Assembly (NCBI GenBank): GCA_964537955.1
Contig: CAZICY010000002.1
Location: forward strand, 13,904-77,903
Length of the DNA: 64,000 nt
Direction of reading: 5' to 3'
Origin: an uncultured Actinomyces sp.
Lineage (GTDB): Bacteria > Actinomycetota > Actinomycetes > S36-B12
A model generated the notes under the pieces. It was not told the DNA's origin and ran no database searches. It saw only the letters and a program-made list of their open reading frames with translations. Positions 1 to 10,485 of this stretch are shown piece by piece. Position 1 is the stretch's first letter. Each line of letters starts with the position of its first letter. Made by a program: the position numbers and the translations under genes.

Positions 1-361
1 CCCTCTCGGCGGACACGCGGCCGAGGCGGTCTCGGCCTATCTCGTGCGTGGACGCCCCGCCCTCATGACGCGATCCACGCCTGCGCTCTTCATCAACTCG
101 CGGGGATCGCGGCTGAGTCGCCAGAGCGCCTGGGCGGTGATCTCGGCGGCGGCGGACCGCGCCGGCCTCGCCGGGGTGTCCCCGCACACCCTGCGGCACA
201 GCTTCGCCACCCACCTGCTCGAGGGGGGCGCCGACGTCCGGGTCGTGCAGGAGCTCCTCGGGCACGCCTCCGTGACGACCACCCAGATCTACACTCGGGT
301 CACGGTGGACACGCTTCGCGAGGTCTACGCGACCAGCCACCCCAGGGCCCGGGGCGTCTGA
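1..361 (+). CDS. xerD: Tyrosine recombinase XerD, C-terminal part (5' end outside window)
   Basis: [14 protein letters not shown]...[14 protein letters not shown] catalytic motifs; precedes parA-scpA-scpB as is typical in Actinobacteria. Confidence 0.9.
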   Translation, partial: PLGGHAAEAVSAYLVRGRPALMTRSTPALFINSRGSRLSRQSAWAVISAAADRAGLAGVSPHTLRHSFATHLLEGGADVRVVQELLGHASVTTTQIYTRVTVDTLREVYATSHPRARGV

Positions 362-414
362 GAGGATGTCGCGGTCCGGGAGGCTCCCGGCGGGTCCGCA
401 GGGGAGGAGGCGCC

Positions 415-1263
415 ATGGCCGCCGACGCTCAAGCACACGTCGGGCCCACGGGCCGGCCCACGCCTGACTTCCCGGTGCCGGCGCCCCTGGACCACCACGG
501 GCCCGCACGCGTCATCGCGATGGTCAACCAGAAGGGCGGCGTGGGCAAGACCACGTCGACGGTGAGCCTCGGCGCGGCCCTGGCGGAGTACGGCCGCCGG
601 GTGCTCCTGGTCGACTTCGACCCGCAGGGCGCCCTGTCCGTCGCGCTGGGAGTCCCGGCGCACGACCTCGACCGCACCGTCTACAACCTGCTCATGGACG
701 AGGGCTGCTCGGCCGACGACGTGATCGTGTCCACGACCGTGCCCGGCCTGGACCTGATGCCGAGCAACATCGACCTCTCCGCGGCGGAGGTCGCGCTGGT
801 CAATGAGGTCGCCCGCGAGCACGCCCTCGTGCGGGGTCTCGCCAGCATCGTCGACCGCTACGACTACATCATCATCGACTGCCAGCCGTCGCTGGGCCTG
901 CTCACCATCAACGCCCTCACCGCGGCCAACGGCGTCATCATTCCGCTCGAGTGCGAATACTTCGCGCTCCGCGGCGTCAAGCTCCTCACCGACACCGTGA
1001 CCAAGGTCCAGGGCAGGCTCAACCCCCATCTGGAGCTCACGGGGGTCCTCGCCACGATGTACGACGCGCGCACCCTGCACACGCGAGAGGTCCTCGAGCG
1101 AGTGGTCGATGCCTTCGGCGACCAGGTCTTCCACACGGTGATCAGCCGCACGATCAAGTTCCCCGATGCCACCGTCGCCGGCGAGCCGATCACCGTCTTC
1201 GCGCCGTCCAGTCCCGGAGCGGATTCCTACCGGCAGCTGGCCCGAGAGCTCATCGCCAAGTGA
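415..1263 (+). CDS. ParA/Soj family ATPase
   Basis: NQKGGVGKTT deviant Walker A, DFDPQG, IIDCQPSLG; GGAGG RBS. Confidence 0.93.
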   Translation: MAADAQAHVGPTGRPTPDFPVPAPLDHHGPARVIAMVNQKGGVGKTTSTVSLGAALAEYGRRVLLVDFDPQGALSVALGVPAHDLDRTVYNLLMDEGCSADDVIVSTTVPGLDLMPSNIDLSAAEVALVNEVAREHALVRGLASIVDRYDYIIIDCQPSLGLLTINALTAANGVIIPLECEYFALRGVKLLTDTVTKVQGRLNPHLELTGVLATMYDARTLHTREVLERVVDAFGDQVFHTVISRTIKFPDATVAGEPITVFAPSSPGADSYRQLARELIAK

Positions 1264-2216
1264 CGCAGACCCCTGTGGCCGGCGAGCACGTCGACCAGGC
1301 TGACGAGCACGGCGCCGCGGCCCCCGGCTCGGCGTTCTCCGTGACCGTCGGGTCCTTCGAGGGCCCCTTCGACCTGCTCCTGCAGCTCATCTCCAAGCAC
1401 AAGCTCGAGGTCACCGAGCTCGCCCTGCACGTGGTCACCGATGAGTTCATCGCCCACCTGCGCGCCCAGGGCCCGGAGTGGGACCTCGACGAGACGACGG
1501 AGTTCCTCGTCGTGGCCGCGACGCTGCTGGACCTCAAGGCCGCCCGCCTCCTGCCCGGCGGAGAGATCGAGGACGAGGAAGACCTGGCCCTGCTCGAGGC
1601 GCGCGACCTGCTCTTCGCCCGCCTTCTTCAGTACCGCGCCTACAAGGAGGTGTCGGCGCTCTTTGCCGACCGCATGTCGCGCGCGGCCAGGCAGGTCCCG
1701 CGCACCGTCGGCCTCGAGCCGCACTTCGCCGACCTGCTTCCCGAGGTGGTGCTCGGACTAGGCCCCGAGGCGTTCGCAGCGCTGGCGGCCAAGGCGCTCA
1801 CGCCGCGCCCCGAGCCAGAGGTGAGCGTGAGCCACCTGCACGTGCCGCTGGTGAGCGTGCGCGAGCAGGCCGCCATTATCGTGGGCCGGCTGCGCCGTCA
1901 GCGCACGGCGACGTTCCGTGCGCTGGTCTCGGACGCGACGACGACCATGGTGGTGATCGGTCGGTTCCTGGCGCTGCTCGAGCTCTTCCGCGAGGGGTCG
2001 GTGTCCTTCGAGCAGGTGGCTCCCCTGGGGGACCTCACCATTCGTTGGACTGGCAGTGACGACGGAGACATCGACGTGCGCGACGAGTACGACGACTACG
2101 ACGACGAGGCCGGCGCTCAGGGCGAGCAGCCCGATGAGGCCGCCGCCGTCGAGGGGGAAGTGTTCGACGTCGAGGCAGACGGCGTCGCCGTCGAGGTGGA
2201 AGGGATCGAGCCATGA
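1260..2216 (+). CDS. scpA: Segregation and condensation protein A
   Basis: FEGPFDLLLQLI, FLALLEL motifs; GTG start overlaps parA stop. Confidence 0.92.
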   Translation: MTQTPVAGEHVDQADEHGAAAPGSAFSVTVGSFEGPFDLLLQLISKHKLEVTELALHVVTDEFIAHLRAQGPEWDLDETTEFLVVAATLLDLKAARLLPGGEIEDEEDLALLEARDLLFARLLQYRAYKEVSALFADRMSRAARQVPRTVGLEPHFADLLPEVVLGLGPEAFAALAAKALTPRPEPEVSVSHLHVPLVSVREQAAIIVGRLRRQRTATFRALVSDATTTMVVIGRFLALLELFREGSVSFEQVAPLGDLTIRWTGSDDGDIDVRDEYDDYDDEAGAQGEQPDEAAAVEGEVFDVEADGVAVEVEGIEP

Positions 2217-2812
2217 CCGACGTGACCGTCGACGAGCCCGGCGACGAACTGCCTGCGCCGTCGCTGGGCGCTGCCCTCGAGGCACTGCTCATCGTCGCCG
2301 TCGAGCCGCAGACCACCGTGGAGCTCGCCGAGGCCACCCGGCATCCTGTCGATGTCGTGGCCGCCCGGCTGAGGGAGCTCGCCGAGGAGTACGCCGCCCA
2401 GGAGCGCGGGTTCGCGCTGCGCGAGGTCGCGGGCGGCTGGCGCTTCTACACGAGCGAGTCCTGCGCAGGCATGGTCGAGCGGTGGGTGCTCGACGGCCAG
2501 CAGGCCCGGCTGACCCAGGCCGCCCTGGAGACCCTGGCCGTGATCGCCTACCGACAGCCCGTCTCCCGGGCGCGCATCAGCGCGGTGCGCGGCGTCAACG
2601 TCGACGGCGTACTGCGCACCCTGCAGTCGCGGGGCCTGATCGAGGAGGCGGGCACCGATCCCTCGAGTCAGGCGATCCTCTTCCGCACGACCCCCTACTT
2701 CCTCGAGCGCATGGGCATTGCCTCCCTCGAGGACCTGCCCGATCTTGCCGAGCACCTGCCTGACCTGGCCGAGCTCGAAGCCGTCATCGACGCCGTCGCC
2801 GCGGGGGAGTAG
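2213..2812 (+). CDS. scpB: SMC-Scp complex subunit ScpB
   Basis: AALETLAVIAYRQPVSRA, RGVNVD, TTPYFLE motifs. Confidence 0.93.
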   Translation: MTDVTVDEPGDELPAPSLGAALEALLIVAVEPQTTVELAEATRHPVDVVAARLRELAEEYAAQERGFALREVAGGWRFYTSESCAGMVERWVLDGQQARLTQAALETLAVIAYRQPVSRARISAVRGVNVDGVLRTLQSRGLIEEAGTDPSSQAILFRTTPYFLERMGIASLEDLPDLAEHLPDLAELEAVIDAVAAGE

Positions 2813-3543
2813 TGGCGGACGACGGCGTGCGCCTGCAGAAGGTCCTCGCTTCCGCGGGTCTCGGCAGCCGTCGCGCATGCGAGGAGCTCATCGCGCAGGG
2901 CCGCGTCGAGGTGGACGGTCGCGTCGTGCGGGAGCAGGGCCTGCGGGTGGATCCCCTTCGCGCGGTCGTGCGCGTCGATGGGGAGCGCGTGCCGACCGCT
3001 CCCGACACCGTCGTACTCGCCCTCAACAAGCCGCGCGGTGTGGTCACGGCCATGTCCGACGATCTCGGCCGCCCGTGCGTGGGCGACTATGTCACCGAGC
3101 GCACCGAGCGGCTCTTCCACGTCGGACGCCTCGACTCCGACACCGAGGGCCTGCTCCTGCTCACCAATGACGGCGTCCTCGCGCAGCACCTGTCCCACCC
3201 CTCCCACGGGGTCGCCAAGACGTATGTCGCGCTCGTGCCGGGGCCCATCCCGCGCGATGTGGGCCGGCAGCTGCGCGCGGGCGTCGAACTCGATGACGGC
3301 ATGGCGCGCGTGGATTCCTTCGCGATCCTCGAGGCCACGCCCAACAAGGCGCTGGTCGAGGTCACCCTCCACGAGGGCCGCAATCACATCGTCCGCCGCC
3401 TGCTCACCGCCGTGGGCCATCCGGTGGAGGAGCTGGTCCGGACCCAGGTCGGACCCATCCGACTCGGGCAGCTGCGCCCGGGCCGCACCCGCGTGGTGAC
3501 CGGCCCGGAGCTGCACAGCCTCTACACGGCTGCGGGCCTGTAG
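2812..3543 (+). CDS. rluB: RsuA/RluB-family rRNA pseudouridine synthase
   Basis: N-terminal S4 domain (RLQKVLA..SRR), VGRLDSDTEGLLLLTNDG, EGRNH. Confidence 0.88.
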   Translation: MADDGVRLQKVLASAGLGSRRACEELIAQGRVEVDGRVVREQGLRVDPLRAVVRVDGERVPTAPDTVVLALNKPRGVVTAMSDDLGRPCVGDYVTERTERLFHVGRLDSDTEGLLLLTNDGVLAQHLSHPSHGVAKTYVALVPGPIPRDVGRQLRAGVELDDGMARVDSFAILEATPNKALVEVTLHEGRNHIVRRLLTAVGHPVEELVRTQVGPIRLGQLRPGRTRVVTGPELHSLYTAAGL

Positions 3544-3559
3544 TCACTAGGGTGGCGCC

Positions 3560-3922
3560 ATGCCCATGAGGGGAATCCGCGGTGCGACGGCGCTGCAGCA
3601 CGACGATGCCCAGGAGATGGCGGAGGCCGTCGCAGAGCTCGTCGGCGAGATGCTCGTGCGCAACGGCGTCACGGCGGATGACCTCGTGAGCATCCTCTTC
3701 ACGGCGACCCCCGACCTGCACTGTGCCTTCCCGGCTGCCGCGGCCCGCTCCCTCGGCCTCGCCGACGTGCCCCTCATCTGCGCCCAGGAGCTCGACGTCC
3801 GCGGTGCGATGCCGCGCGTGGTGCGGGTCCTCGCGCACGCCGAGACCGAGCTGCCGCGCGCCCAGGTCCAGCACGTCTACCTCCGGGGGGCCGAGGCGCT
3901 GCGCCAGGACCTCGCGACATGA
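3560..3922 (+). CDS. aroH: Chorismate mutase, AroH type
   Basis: RGIRGAT, FPAAAAR, YLRGAEALRQDL. Confidence 0.92.
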   Translation: MPMRGIRGATALQHDDAQEMAEAVAELVGEMLVRNGVTADDLVSILFTATPDLHCAFPAAAARSLGLADVPLICAQELDVRGAMPRVVRVLAHAETELPRAQVQHVYLRGAEALRQDLAT

Positions 3923-4983
3923 CGGTGCCCGTCGCCGGCCCGGTGCTCGTGATCGGCAGCGGGCTGCTGGGTGCCTCTGTCGGGCTCGCACTGCGACGTG
4001 CGGGCGTGCGTGTCTGGATGGACGACATCGACCCGGCGGCCGTGGCCGAGGCCGTGGCGCGGGGCGCGGGCGAGGAGTGGACGCCGGGTGCGGGAGAGCC
4101 GAGCCTGGTGGTCGTTGCCGTGCCTCCTGCAGTCGCGGGCGACGCGCTGGCACGCGCCAGCCTGCTGCCGGGCGCCGTGGTCACGGACGTCACCTCGGTC
4201 AAGGCCGAACCCCTGCGTGCCGCGCTGGCCCAGGGAGCTGATGCTTCGCGGCTCGTCGGCGGCCATCCCATGGCCGGGCGGGAGGTCCCCGGAGCCGCAG
4301 GAGCGCGCCACGACCTGTTCGACGATCGGGTCTGGGTGGTCTCGCCGCTGCCGGACAGCGCGCCCGAAAGCGTTGCGGTGGTCCGCGACCTCGCGCTGAC
4401 GTGCGGCGCGGTCCCCGTCGAGCTCGCCCCGGCCGATCACGACCGGGCGGTCGCGCTCACCTCGCACGCACCGCAGCTGCTGTCGTCGCTGCTCGCGGCC
4501 CGCCTGCTCGATGCCGATGCCGACGCGGTCGCGGTGTCCGGCCAGGCCCTGCGCGACATGACGCGCATCGCCGCCTCCGACCCCGGCCTGTGGCGCGAGA
4601 TCCTCGACGCCAATGCGCAGTCCGTCGCGGCCGTCCTGGAGGCCTACGCACGCGACCTGGACGAGGTCATCGCCCGGTTGCGCCGGGGGGAGGACGTGCG
4701 GCAGGCCCTCGAGAGGGGGTCGGCTGGTCGTCAGCGCATCCCGGGCAAGCACGGCGCAGCGGCCACGGCGTACGACCTCGTGCCCGTGATCATCAAGGAC
4801 GAGCCCGGTGAGTTGGCGCGCGTGTTCGTCGCGGCGGGGGATCTCGGGGTCAACCTCGAGGATGTGCGCATCGACCACGTGCTGGGCAAGCCGTCGGGGC
4901 TCGTGGAGCTCTCGGTGCGGCCCGAGTCGACCGACCGGCTCATCGAGGGCCTGCGCTCGCTCGGGTTCGACGTCCGCGCCTAG
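3919..4983 (+). CDS. tyrA: Prephenate dehydrogenase with C-terminal ACT domain
   Basis: GSGLLG Rossmann motif, DVTSVK, GGHPMAG, TSHAPQL, MTRIA. Confidence 0.9.
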   Translation: MTVPVAGPVLVIGSGLLGASVGLALRRAGVRVWMDDIDPAAVAEAVARGAGEEWTPGAGEPSLVVVAVPPAVAGDALARASLLPGAVVTDVTSVKAEPLRAALAQGADASRLVGGHPMAGREVPGAAGARHDLFDDRVWVVSPLPDSAPESVAVVRDLALTCGAVPVELAPADHDRAVALTSHAPQLLSSLLAARLLDADADAVAVSGQALRDMTRIAASDPGLWREILDANAQSVAAVLEAYARDLDEVIARLRRGEDVRQALERGSAGRQRIPGKHGAAATAYDLVPVIIKDEPGELARVFVAAGDLGVNLEDVRIDHVLGKPSGLVELSVRPESTDRLIEGLRSLGFDVRA

Positions 4984-4992
4984 GGTGTCACC

Positions 4993-5700
4993 GTGCCCGG
5001 GCCCATCATCGCCATTGACGGCCCCTCAGGGTCAGGCAAGTCGAGCACCTCGCGCGGCGTCGCGCGGCAGCTGGGGCTTCGCTACGTCGACACCGGCGCG
5101 ATGTACCGGGCGATGACCTGGTGGATGATCACGCACGGCATCGATATCGATGATCCGGACGCCGTCGCGGCGAGGTGCCACGAGCCTGTCATCGAACTGC
5201 GTGTCGATCCGGCTGCGCCCGGCGTGAGCGTCGATGGGACGGACGTGTCCGTGGCTATCCGTGAGAGCGCGGTCGCCGATGCCGTGAGCCGCGTGGCGGC
5301 CGTTCCCGAGGTGCGCGAGCGCCTGGTGCGCAGCCAGCGGGACATCGTCGACAAGGCGCTGGCCTCCGGTGCCGGCGTGGTGATGGAGGGGCGCGACATC
5401 GGCACGGTGGTGCTGCCCGAGGCAGATCTCAAGGTCTACCTCACAGCACACGTCGAGGCGCGCGCCGCTCGAAGGGCCCGCGAGGAGGCGGACAGGTCCG
5501 CGCGGGCTGACGCCGACGCGGCTCAGGCCCATGTGGACGCGGCGCAGGCCAACCTGCAGTCCCGGGACGCACTCGACTCGACTCGAGCGGTGTCGCCTCT
5601 GCTGCAGGCTGCTGACGCGGTCCTGATCGACGGCACTCACCTGTCGCTCGACGAGGTGATCGACGCGGTGATCCAGGCGCTGCCTCCGGGACTGCGATGA
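4993..5700 (+). CDS. cmk: Cytidylate kinase
   Basis: [31 protein letters not shown]. Confidence 0.95.
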   Translation: MPGPIIAIDGPSGSGKSSTSRGVARQLGLRYVDTGAMYRAMTWWMITHGIDIDDPDAVAARCHEPVIELRVDPAAPGVSVDGTDVSVAIRESAVADAVSRVAAVPEVRERLVRSQRDIVDKALASGAGVVMEGRDIGTVVLPEADLKVYLTAHVEARAARRAREEADRSARADADAAQAHVDAAQANLQSRDALDSTRAVSPLLQAADAVLIDGTHLSLDEVIDAVIQALPPGLR

Positions 5701-6350
5701 GCGCCACCGCGACGGCGCGCAACCTGGTGGCCCCGGTCGTGCGCTGGGGCTATCGCCTGCGCGTGCAGGGCGCTCACCTGTGCCCGCGGCGCGGCCCGCT
5801 CCTCGTCGTCACGGCGCGCCTGGGCTTCCTCGATCCCACGATCGTGGCCACCTGCCTGCCCCGGCCGGTCGAGGTGCTGGTGGACCCGGGGGCGCTGTCG
5901 ACTCTCGGCGCGCGCATCCCGGGGCGGATCGTCGTCGATCCCGCCGATCCGGGCGCAGCACTGCGCCAGGCACGCGAGCGACTGGACAGCGGATCGGCGG
6001 TCGGTGCCTGGTCAGGGGACGGTCTGGAGCGCGCCGCGGGATATCTCGCCCTGCGCTCGCCCGCCCCGATCCTTCCCGTGGCCGTCCTCGGTGGCTCAGG
6101 ACGCCATCGCGGCGATCCGCCGCCCTGGCGCTCGCCGGTCGACCTCATCGTCGGAGAGCCCTTCGCCGTCGCGGACCTCCTCCCGTGCGGGGTGGCGGAT
6201 CCGCTCGCGCGATCGGAGGCGCTGCGCGTCGCGGAGCTCATCCGGCAGCGGGTCGCCGACCATGCCGCGGCAGCGGTGGTGCGCACGGGGCGCTCGGACA
6301 GGGTCGCCGTCGATCCCGCCGGGCCCGCACCGGACAATGGTCCGTCGTGA
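5697..6350 (+). CDS. PlsC-like lysophospholipid acyltransferase homolog with degenerate catalytic motifs
   Basis: Sits between cmk and der; P..GPLLVV....[24 protein letters not shown] fit the family, but HX4D His and FPEGTR are absent. Confidence 0.65.
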   Translation: MSATATARNLVAPVVRWGYRLRVQGAHLCPRRGPLLVVTARLGFLDPTIVATCLPRPVEVLVDPGALSTLGARIPGRIVVDPADPGAALRQARERLDSGSAVGAWSGDGLERAAGYLALRSPAPILPVAVLGGSGRHRGDPPPWRSPVDLIVGEPFAVADLLPCGVADPLARSEALRVAELIRQRVADHAAAAVVRTGRSDRVAVDPAGPAPDNGPS

Positions 6351-7840
6351 CCTCAGACGGCGACTTCCCCGACATCGAACCGGACGTGATCGGCGAGGAC
6401 GCCCCCTGGGTCGATGACCTCGCCGAGGACGACGCCTCGGACGCCCTCATCGCCGCCGCCCGGGCCGCCGCGGTGGCCGAATTCGGCGACATCGACGAGC
6501 TCGACGCCGATGCCGACGCCGATGACGACCTGCTCCCGGTGGTCGCCGTCGTCGGCCGGCCCAACGTCGGCAAGTCCACGCTCGTCAACCGGATCCTGGG
6601 CCGGCGCGAGGCCGTCGTGGAGGACATTCCCGGCGTCACCCGGGATCGCGTCACCTACGAGGCCGACTGGAACGGCCGCCGGTTCCTGCTCATGGACACC
6701 GGCGGCTGGCAGCGGGACGCGCGCGGCATGGCCGCGCAGATCGCCGCGCAGGCCGAGCGCGCCATGAATGACGCGGACGTGGTGCTCCTCGTCGTCGACG
6801 CGACGGTGGGCCCCTTGGACGCCGACGAGTCGGTCGTGCGTGTCCTGCGCAAGGCGGGCGTGCCCGTGCTGCTCGTGGCCAACAAGGTCGACGACTCCCG
6901 GACCGAGTCCGATGCGGCGTCGCTGTGGTCGCTGGGCCTGGGGGAGCCGCATGCCGTCTCGGCACTGCACGGGCGTGGGAGCGGTGACCTCCTCGACGAG
7001 GTTGTCGCCCTGCTTCCCGAGGAGGGCCAGGGCCGCGTCCGAGGCGGTGGCCCACGCCGAGTGGCGCTGCTCGGCAAGCCCAATGTGGGGAAGTCCTCCC
7101 TGCTCAACAAGCTCGCGGGGGAGTCCCGGGTCGTCGTCGACTCCGTGGCGGGGACGACGGTGGACCCCGTGGACGAGCTCATCGTCCTGGGCGGCCAGGA
7201 GTGGTGGTTCGTCGACACGGCGGGCATCCGCCGCCGGGTCCGCGAGGCCAGCGGTCATGAGTACTACGCGAGCCTGCGCACGCGCGCCGCACTGGAGAAG
7301 TCCGAGGTCGCACTCGTCCTCGTCGATGCATCCGAGCCCCTTGCCGAGCAGGACCTGCGGCTGTTCTCCCTGGTCGTCGAGACGGGTCGCGCCCTGGTCA
7401 TCGCCTACAACAAGTGGGACCTCATGGACGAGGACCGCCAGCGCTATCTCGAGCGCGAGATCGATCGCGAGCTCGTCCAGGTCCGCTGGGCGCCGCGCGT
7501 CAACGTCTCGGCCCTGACGGGACGCCATGTCCAAAAGCTCGTCCCCGCGCTCGAGGAGGCGCTCGCAGGCTGGGAGACGCGGATCCCGACATCGCGCCTC
7601 AATGCCTTCCTGGCCGAACTCGTCGCAGCGCATCCCCACCCGCTGCGGGGCGGCAAGCAACCGCGCATCCTCTTCGGGACGCAGAGCGGCACGCGCCCCC
7701 CGACGTTCGTCCTCTTCACCACCGGATTCCTCGAGGCCGGCTACCGGCGCTTCATCGAGCGGCGCCTGCGCGAGGAGTTCGGATTCGCCGGCACTCCGAT
7801 CCGCATCAACCTGCGCATCCGCGAGAAACGCCGCCGCTAG
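6347..7840 (+). CDS. der: Ribosome biogenesis GTPase Der (EngA)
   Basis: Two GTPase domains ([32 protein letters not shown]) and KH-like C-terminus (FGFAGTPI). Confidence 0.96.
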   Translation: MTSDGDFPDIEPDVIGEDAPWVDDLAEDDASDALIAAARAAAVAEFGDIDELDADADADDDLLPVVAVVGRPNVGKSTLVNRILGRREAVVEDIPGVTRDRVTYEADWNGRRFLLMDTGGWQRDARGMAAQIAAQAERAMNDADVVLLVVDATVGPLDADESVVRVLRKAGVPVLLVANKVDDSRTESDAASLWSLGLGEPHAVSALHGRGSGDLLDEVVALLPEEGQGRVRGGGPRRVALLGKPNVGKSSLLNKLAGESRVVVDSVAGTTVDPVDELIVLGGQEWWFVDTAGIRRRVREASGHEYYASLRTRAALEKSEVALVLVDASEPLAEQDLRLFSLVVETGRALVIAYNKWDLMDEDRQRYLEREIDRELVQVRWAPRVNVSALTGRHVQKLVPALEEALAGWETRIPTSRLNAFLAELVAAHPHPLRGGKQPRILFGTQSGTRPPTFVLFTTGFLEAGYRRFIERRLREEFGFAGTPIRINLRIREKRRR

Positions 7841-8004
7841 TTCGTTGAGTGGCGCCTCGTGCGGTCTCGCGCCGGCGTCTCGCGCCCACCAGCCGCCACG
7901 TATCGACGTCTCGTAGAGAGAGGCGCCCGGCGGCGGGGAGCTTTGCCCGCTCGGATAGGCTTTCGCGGTTCCCGCAAGCCAGTGATCCTGGGACTGCGGG
8001 GCGG

Positions 8005-8078
<74 letters not shown>

Positions 8079-8206
8079 CAGAAGGAATTCCGCTCCACGG
8101 CGGGGGCTCTGCCCCGGCTTTGCCCCCACTTGGCGGAGCAGATGCCGCTCCTCATGCTGCTACGCCCGGGGTTGACCAGGGGTGGTCGATCTGATGGAGT
8201 CACGTC

Positions 8207-8935
8207 ATGTCCTCCCATATGCGATCTGTCCTTGCCGTGGCTGCCTCAGTGGCCATCGCTCTTCCGATGGTGCTTGCCCATCCCGCGCAGGCAGCCGCCT
8301 ACGCCCCATTGAGCGAGCGCCACCTGTCGGCTTCCTCGCTCAGCGCAGGTGACGTTCCACGATGGATGTCGCGTGGCACCGAGCCGCAGGCCCAGCAGAC
8401 CTTCCGCAAGGGACGCGCGGCGGGTGCACCCGCGTTGTGTCTGGATCGGAAGGGCGAATCCCTTGAGGGCAGGCAGGCGCGCCAGTCGATGGATTCGTCG
8501 GTCGCCCTGCGCATGAACACCGATGTCGGTTCCTACATCTACCAGTACCGCACGCGCGAGGCGGCTGTGCGTGCCTGGAGCGATCTGAATTCGCGGGCTG
8601 CGCAATGTCAGGGCCGCGTCGAGGTGGACCTGTCAGACGACGGGATCAAGACCAGGATGGTGGTCATTACCGAGGTGAGCCAAACCGCACCTCTCTATGG
8701 CACGGCGGGCCTCACCCTGTTCATTGACTTCGACATCGTGGTGGACGCTTTCGATACGGAATTCGCCTTCGTCGGTGATTCCTACGTCAGCTACTACCTG
8801 GCCGGGACATCCATCGTGGGTGTGGCGTTCACCTCAAGCGAAGGGACCCGCGGCGTGGGTCGGGTGACGCGCGGATTTGTCGACACCATGTCCATCGTCA
8901 TTGCCCAGCGGGTGGAGCGCCGCAGCCTCCGATAA
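8207..8935 (+). CDS. Secreted hypothetical protein, possibly PknH-like extracellular fold
   Basis: N-terminal signal peptide ending AQA-A; two Cys; YQY..REAAVRAW...C pattern. Confidence 0.6.
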   Translation: MSSHMRSVLAVAASVAIALPMVLAHPAQAAAYAPLSERHLSASSLSAGDVPRWMSRGTEPQAQQTFRKGRAAGAPALCLDRKGESLEGRQARQSMDSSVALRMNTDVGSYIYQYRTREAAVRAWSDLNSRAAQCQGRVEVDLSDDGIKTRMVVITEVSQTAPLYGTAGLTLFIDFDIVVDAFDTEFAFVGDSYVSYYLAGTSIVGVAFTSSEGTRGVGRVTRGFVDTMSIVIAQRVERRSLR

Positions 8936-8951
8936 CGAGGACGCGCGTGTG

Positions 8952-8983
8952 GACGTGCGGGCCTATGGCTAGGCCCGCACGTC
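8952..8983. terminator. Perfect 14-bp hairpin between convergent genes, likely bidirectional terminator
   Basis: GACGTGCGGGCCTA-tggc-TAGGCCCGCACGTC between stops at 8935 (+) and 8995 (-). Confidence 0.7.
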
Positions 8984-8994
8984 GCACGTGCTGA

Positions 8995-9528
8995 TCAGCT
9001 GTAGCCGAGGGACAGCGACGACTGGCGGAACCCGATCGCGCGGTCTTGGGCGTAGGGGCCACCCGTGGTGACCGTGATCTGCGAGCAGCCGTCGAACCTC
9101 GACAGGCGAAGCGGTGAAGAGCTGTGACCCGTCGCGGACCAGCCGATACCGAGGGAGTTGCCGGAGAAGATCGGACGGAAGGGGTTCACGAGCTTGACCT
9201 TGAGCACCTGGCGCTTGTCGCCGCAGGCCGCCGTGAAGCGCACGCTGCTCGCCGAGTAGCCCGACCCGCCATCGACCCGGTTGGACACGAGGGCGTCCAC
9301 ATTGAGGAAGACGGTGCCCGTCTTCGCGGCCTGCAGGGACGTGATGTTGAAGGTCCACGACGCCGTATCCGTGTCCTGGTGCACCCAGGTCCAACTCCCT
9401 GACGGGGTGCCATTCGAGCTGAAGGCGGAGGCGTTGTCGATGCCTACGGCCGCAGAGGCCATCCCCGGTGTGGCGAACAAGAGGCCAGCAGCGGCAGACG
9501 CAGCAGCGATCGATCCAAGAATCTTCAC
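8995..9528 (-). CDS. Secreted beta-rich hypothetical protein
   Basis: AGGAG RBS before GTG at 9528; signal peptide (..GMASA-A); Ser/Thr/Gly-rich, two Cys. Confidence 0.7.
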   Translation of the reverse strand: MKILGSIAAASAAAGLLFATPGMASAAVGIDNASAFSSNGTPSGSWTWVHQDTDTASWTFNITSLQAAKTGTVFLNVDALVSNRVDGGSGYSASSVRFTAACGDKRQVLKVKLVNPFRPIFSGNSLGIGWSATGHSSSPLRLSRFDGCSQITVTTGGPYAQDRAIGFRQSSLSLGYS

Positions 9529-9669
9529 GGGTACTCCTGTGCTCGATGTTCCCCGGAGACCACCGGAGAGACAGCCACGTGCCGCAGCCGTCCCGATCAC
9601 CATCGGCCTGCATGCTTTCCCTGGGAAGGGCTGGAGCGGTCCCCGATCGGTCACTCCTACACTGCCCGC

Positions 9670-10455
9670 GTGTCCCTGGCCTGGTCCTACTGCGTGCTCG
9701 ATGCAGCGGGGCGCGTGGTCGACGAGGAGGCAGCGGACGCGGTGCAGCCTACGGCCAGCGTGGGCAAGGTCTTCCTGCTGTGCGAAGCGGCGGAACAACT
9801 CGCGGACGGCAGGCTCGATCCCGGCATGCGCGTCGCCCGGGACCCACGGGTGGCAGTCGCCGACTCGGGCCTGTGGCAGCACCTCGCCGAGGACTCGCTG
9901 CCTCTGGCGGATGCCTGCGTGCTGGTCGCCGCGGTGAGCGACAACTGGGCCACCAATGTCCTGCTCGACAGGATCGGTCTCGAGGCGGTGGCCGATCGCG
10001 CTCGGGCGCTGGGCTGCCGCGAGAGTGGACTGTTCGACCGCGTGCGCGACGTACGCACTGCTGACGATCCCGAGGGACTATCGGCGGGCACGGCGCGCGA
10101 GCTGGCAGAGGTCGCTCGGCGCATCCACCAGGCTGCCGCCGGACGCGCAGGGGAGGGCATCAGCGTGGGAGCCGCGCGTCTCGTGGAGGGCTGGCTGCTC
10201 ACCGGAGTCGATCTCAGCATGGTGGCCGCGCCCTTCCGCCTCGATCCGCTCTCGCACGAGCAGGGTCCGCTTCGCGTATGGAGCAAGACCGGGACGGACA
10301 CGGGCGTCCGCGCGGATATGGGCGTCGCCTGGAGCGCCTCCGACATGGTGTCCTACGCCGCGATCGCGTCCTGGGGTCCCGGCGACGAGGTCATCGACGT
10401 CGCCTTCGCGCGCATGCACGAACTCGGGGCCCGGCTCGCGTCGCGCATGTGGTGA
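9670..10455 (+). CDS. Serine hydrolase, class A beta-lactamase-like, no signal peptide
   Basis: SxxK (TASVGK), SDN and KTG motifs. Confidence 0.8.
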   Translation: MSLAWSYCVLDAAGRVVDEEAADAVQPTASVGKVFLLCEAAEQLADGRLDPGMRVARDPRVAVADSGLWQHLAEDSLPLADACVLVAAVSDNWATNVLLDRIGLEAVADRARALGCRESGLFDRVRDVRTADDPEGLSAGTARELAEVARRIHQAAAGRAGEGISVGAARLVEGWLLTGVDLSMVAAPFRLDPLSHEQGPLRVWSKTGTDTGVRADMGVAWSASDMVSYAAIASWGPGDEVIDVAFARMHELGARLASRMW

Positions 10456-10485
10456 GGCACCGGCGTCCGACATAGACTCCGCGAC

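Noticed and set aside
1-1263. Recombinase plus ParA as a mobile element or plasmid signature
   Set aside because: xerD-parA-scpA-scpB is the standard actinobacterial chromosomal arrangement
5780-6346. N-terminal extensions given by the ORF track for der (and likewise scpA, coxL, ppk2, ligC, patA)
   Set aside because: Extensions overlap neighbouring real genes; downstream starts with RBS or stop-start overlaps fit family lengths better
9670-10455. Functional beta-lactam resistance gene
   Set aside because: No signal peptide; the motifs only support the broad serine hydrolase family
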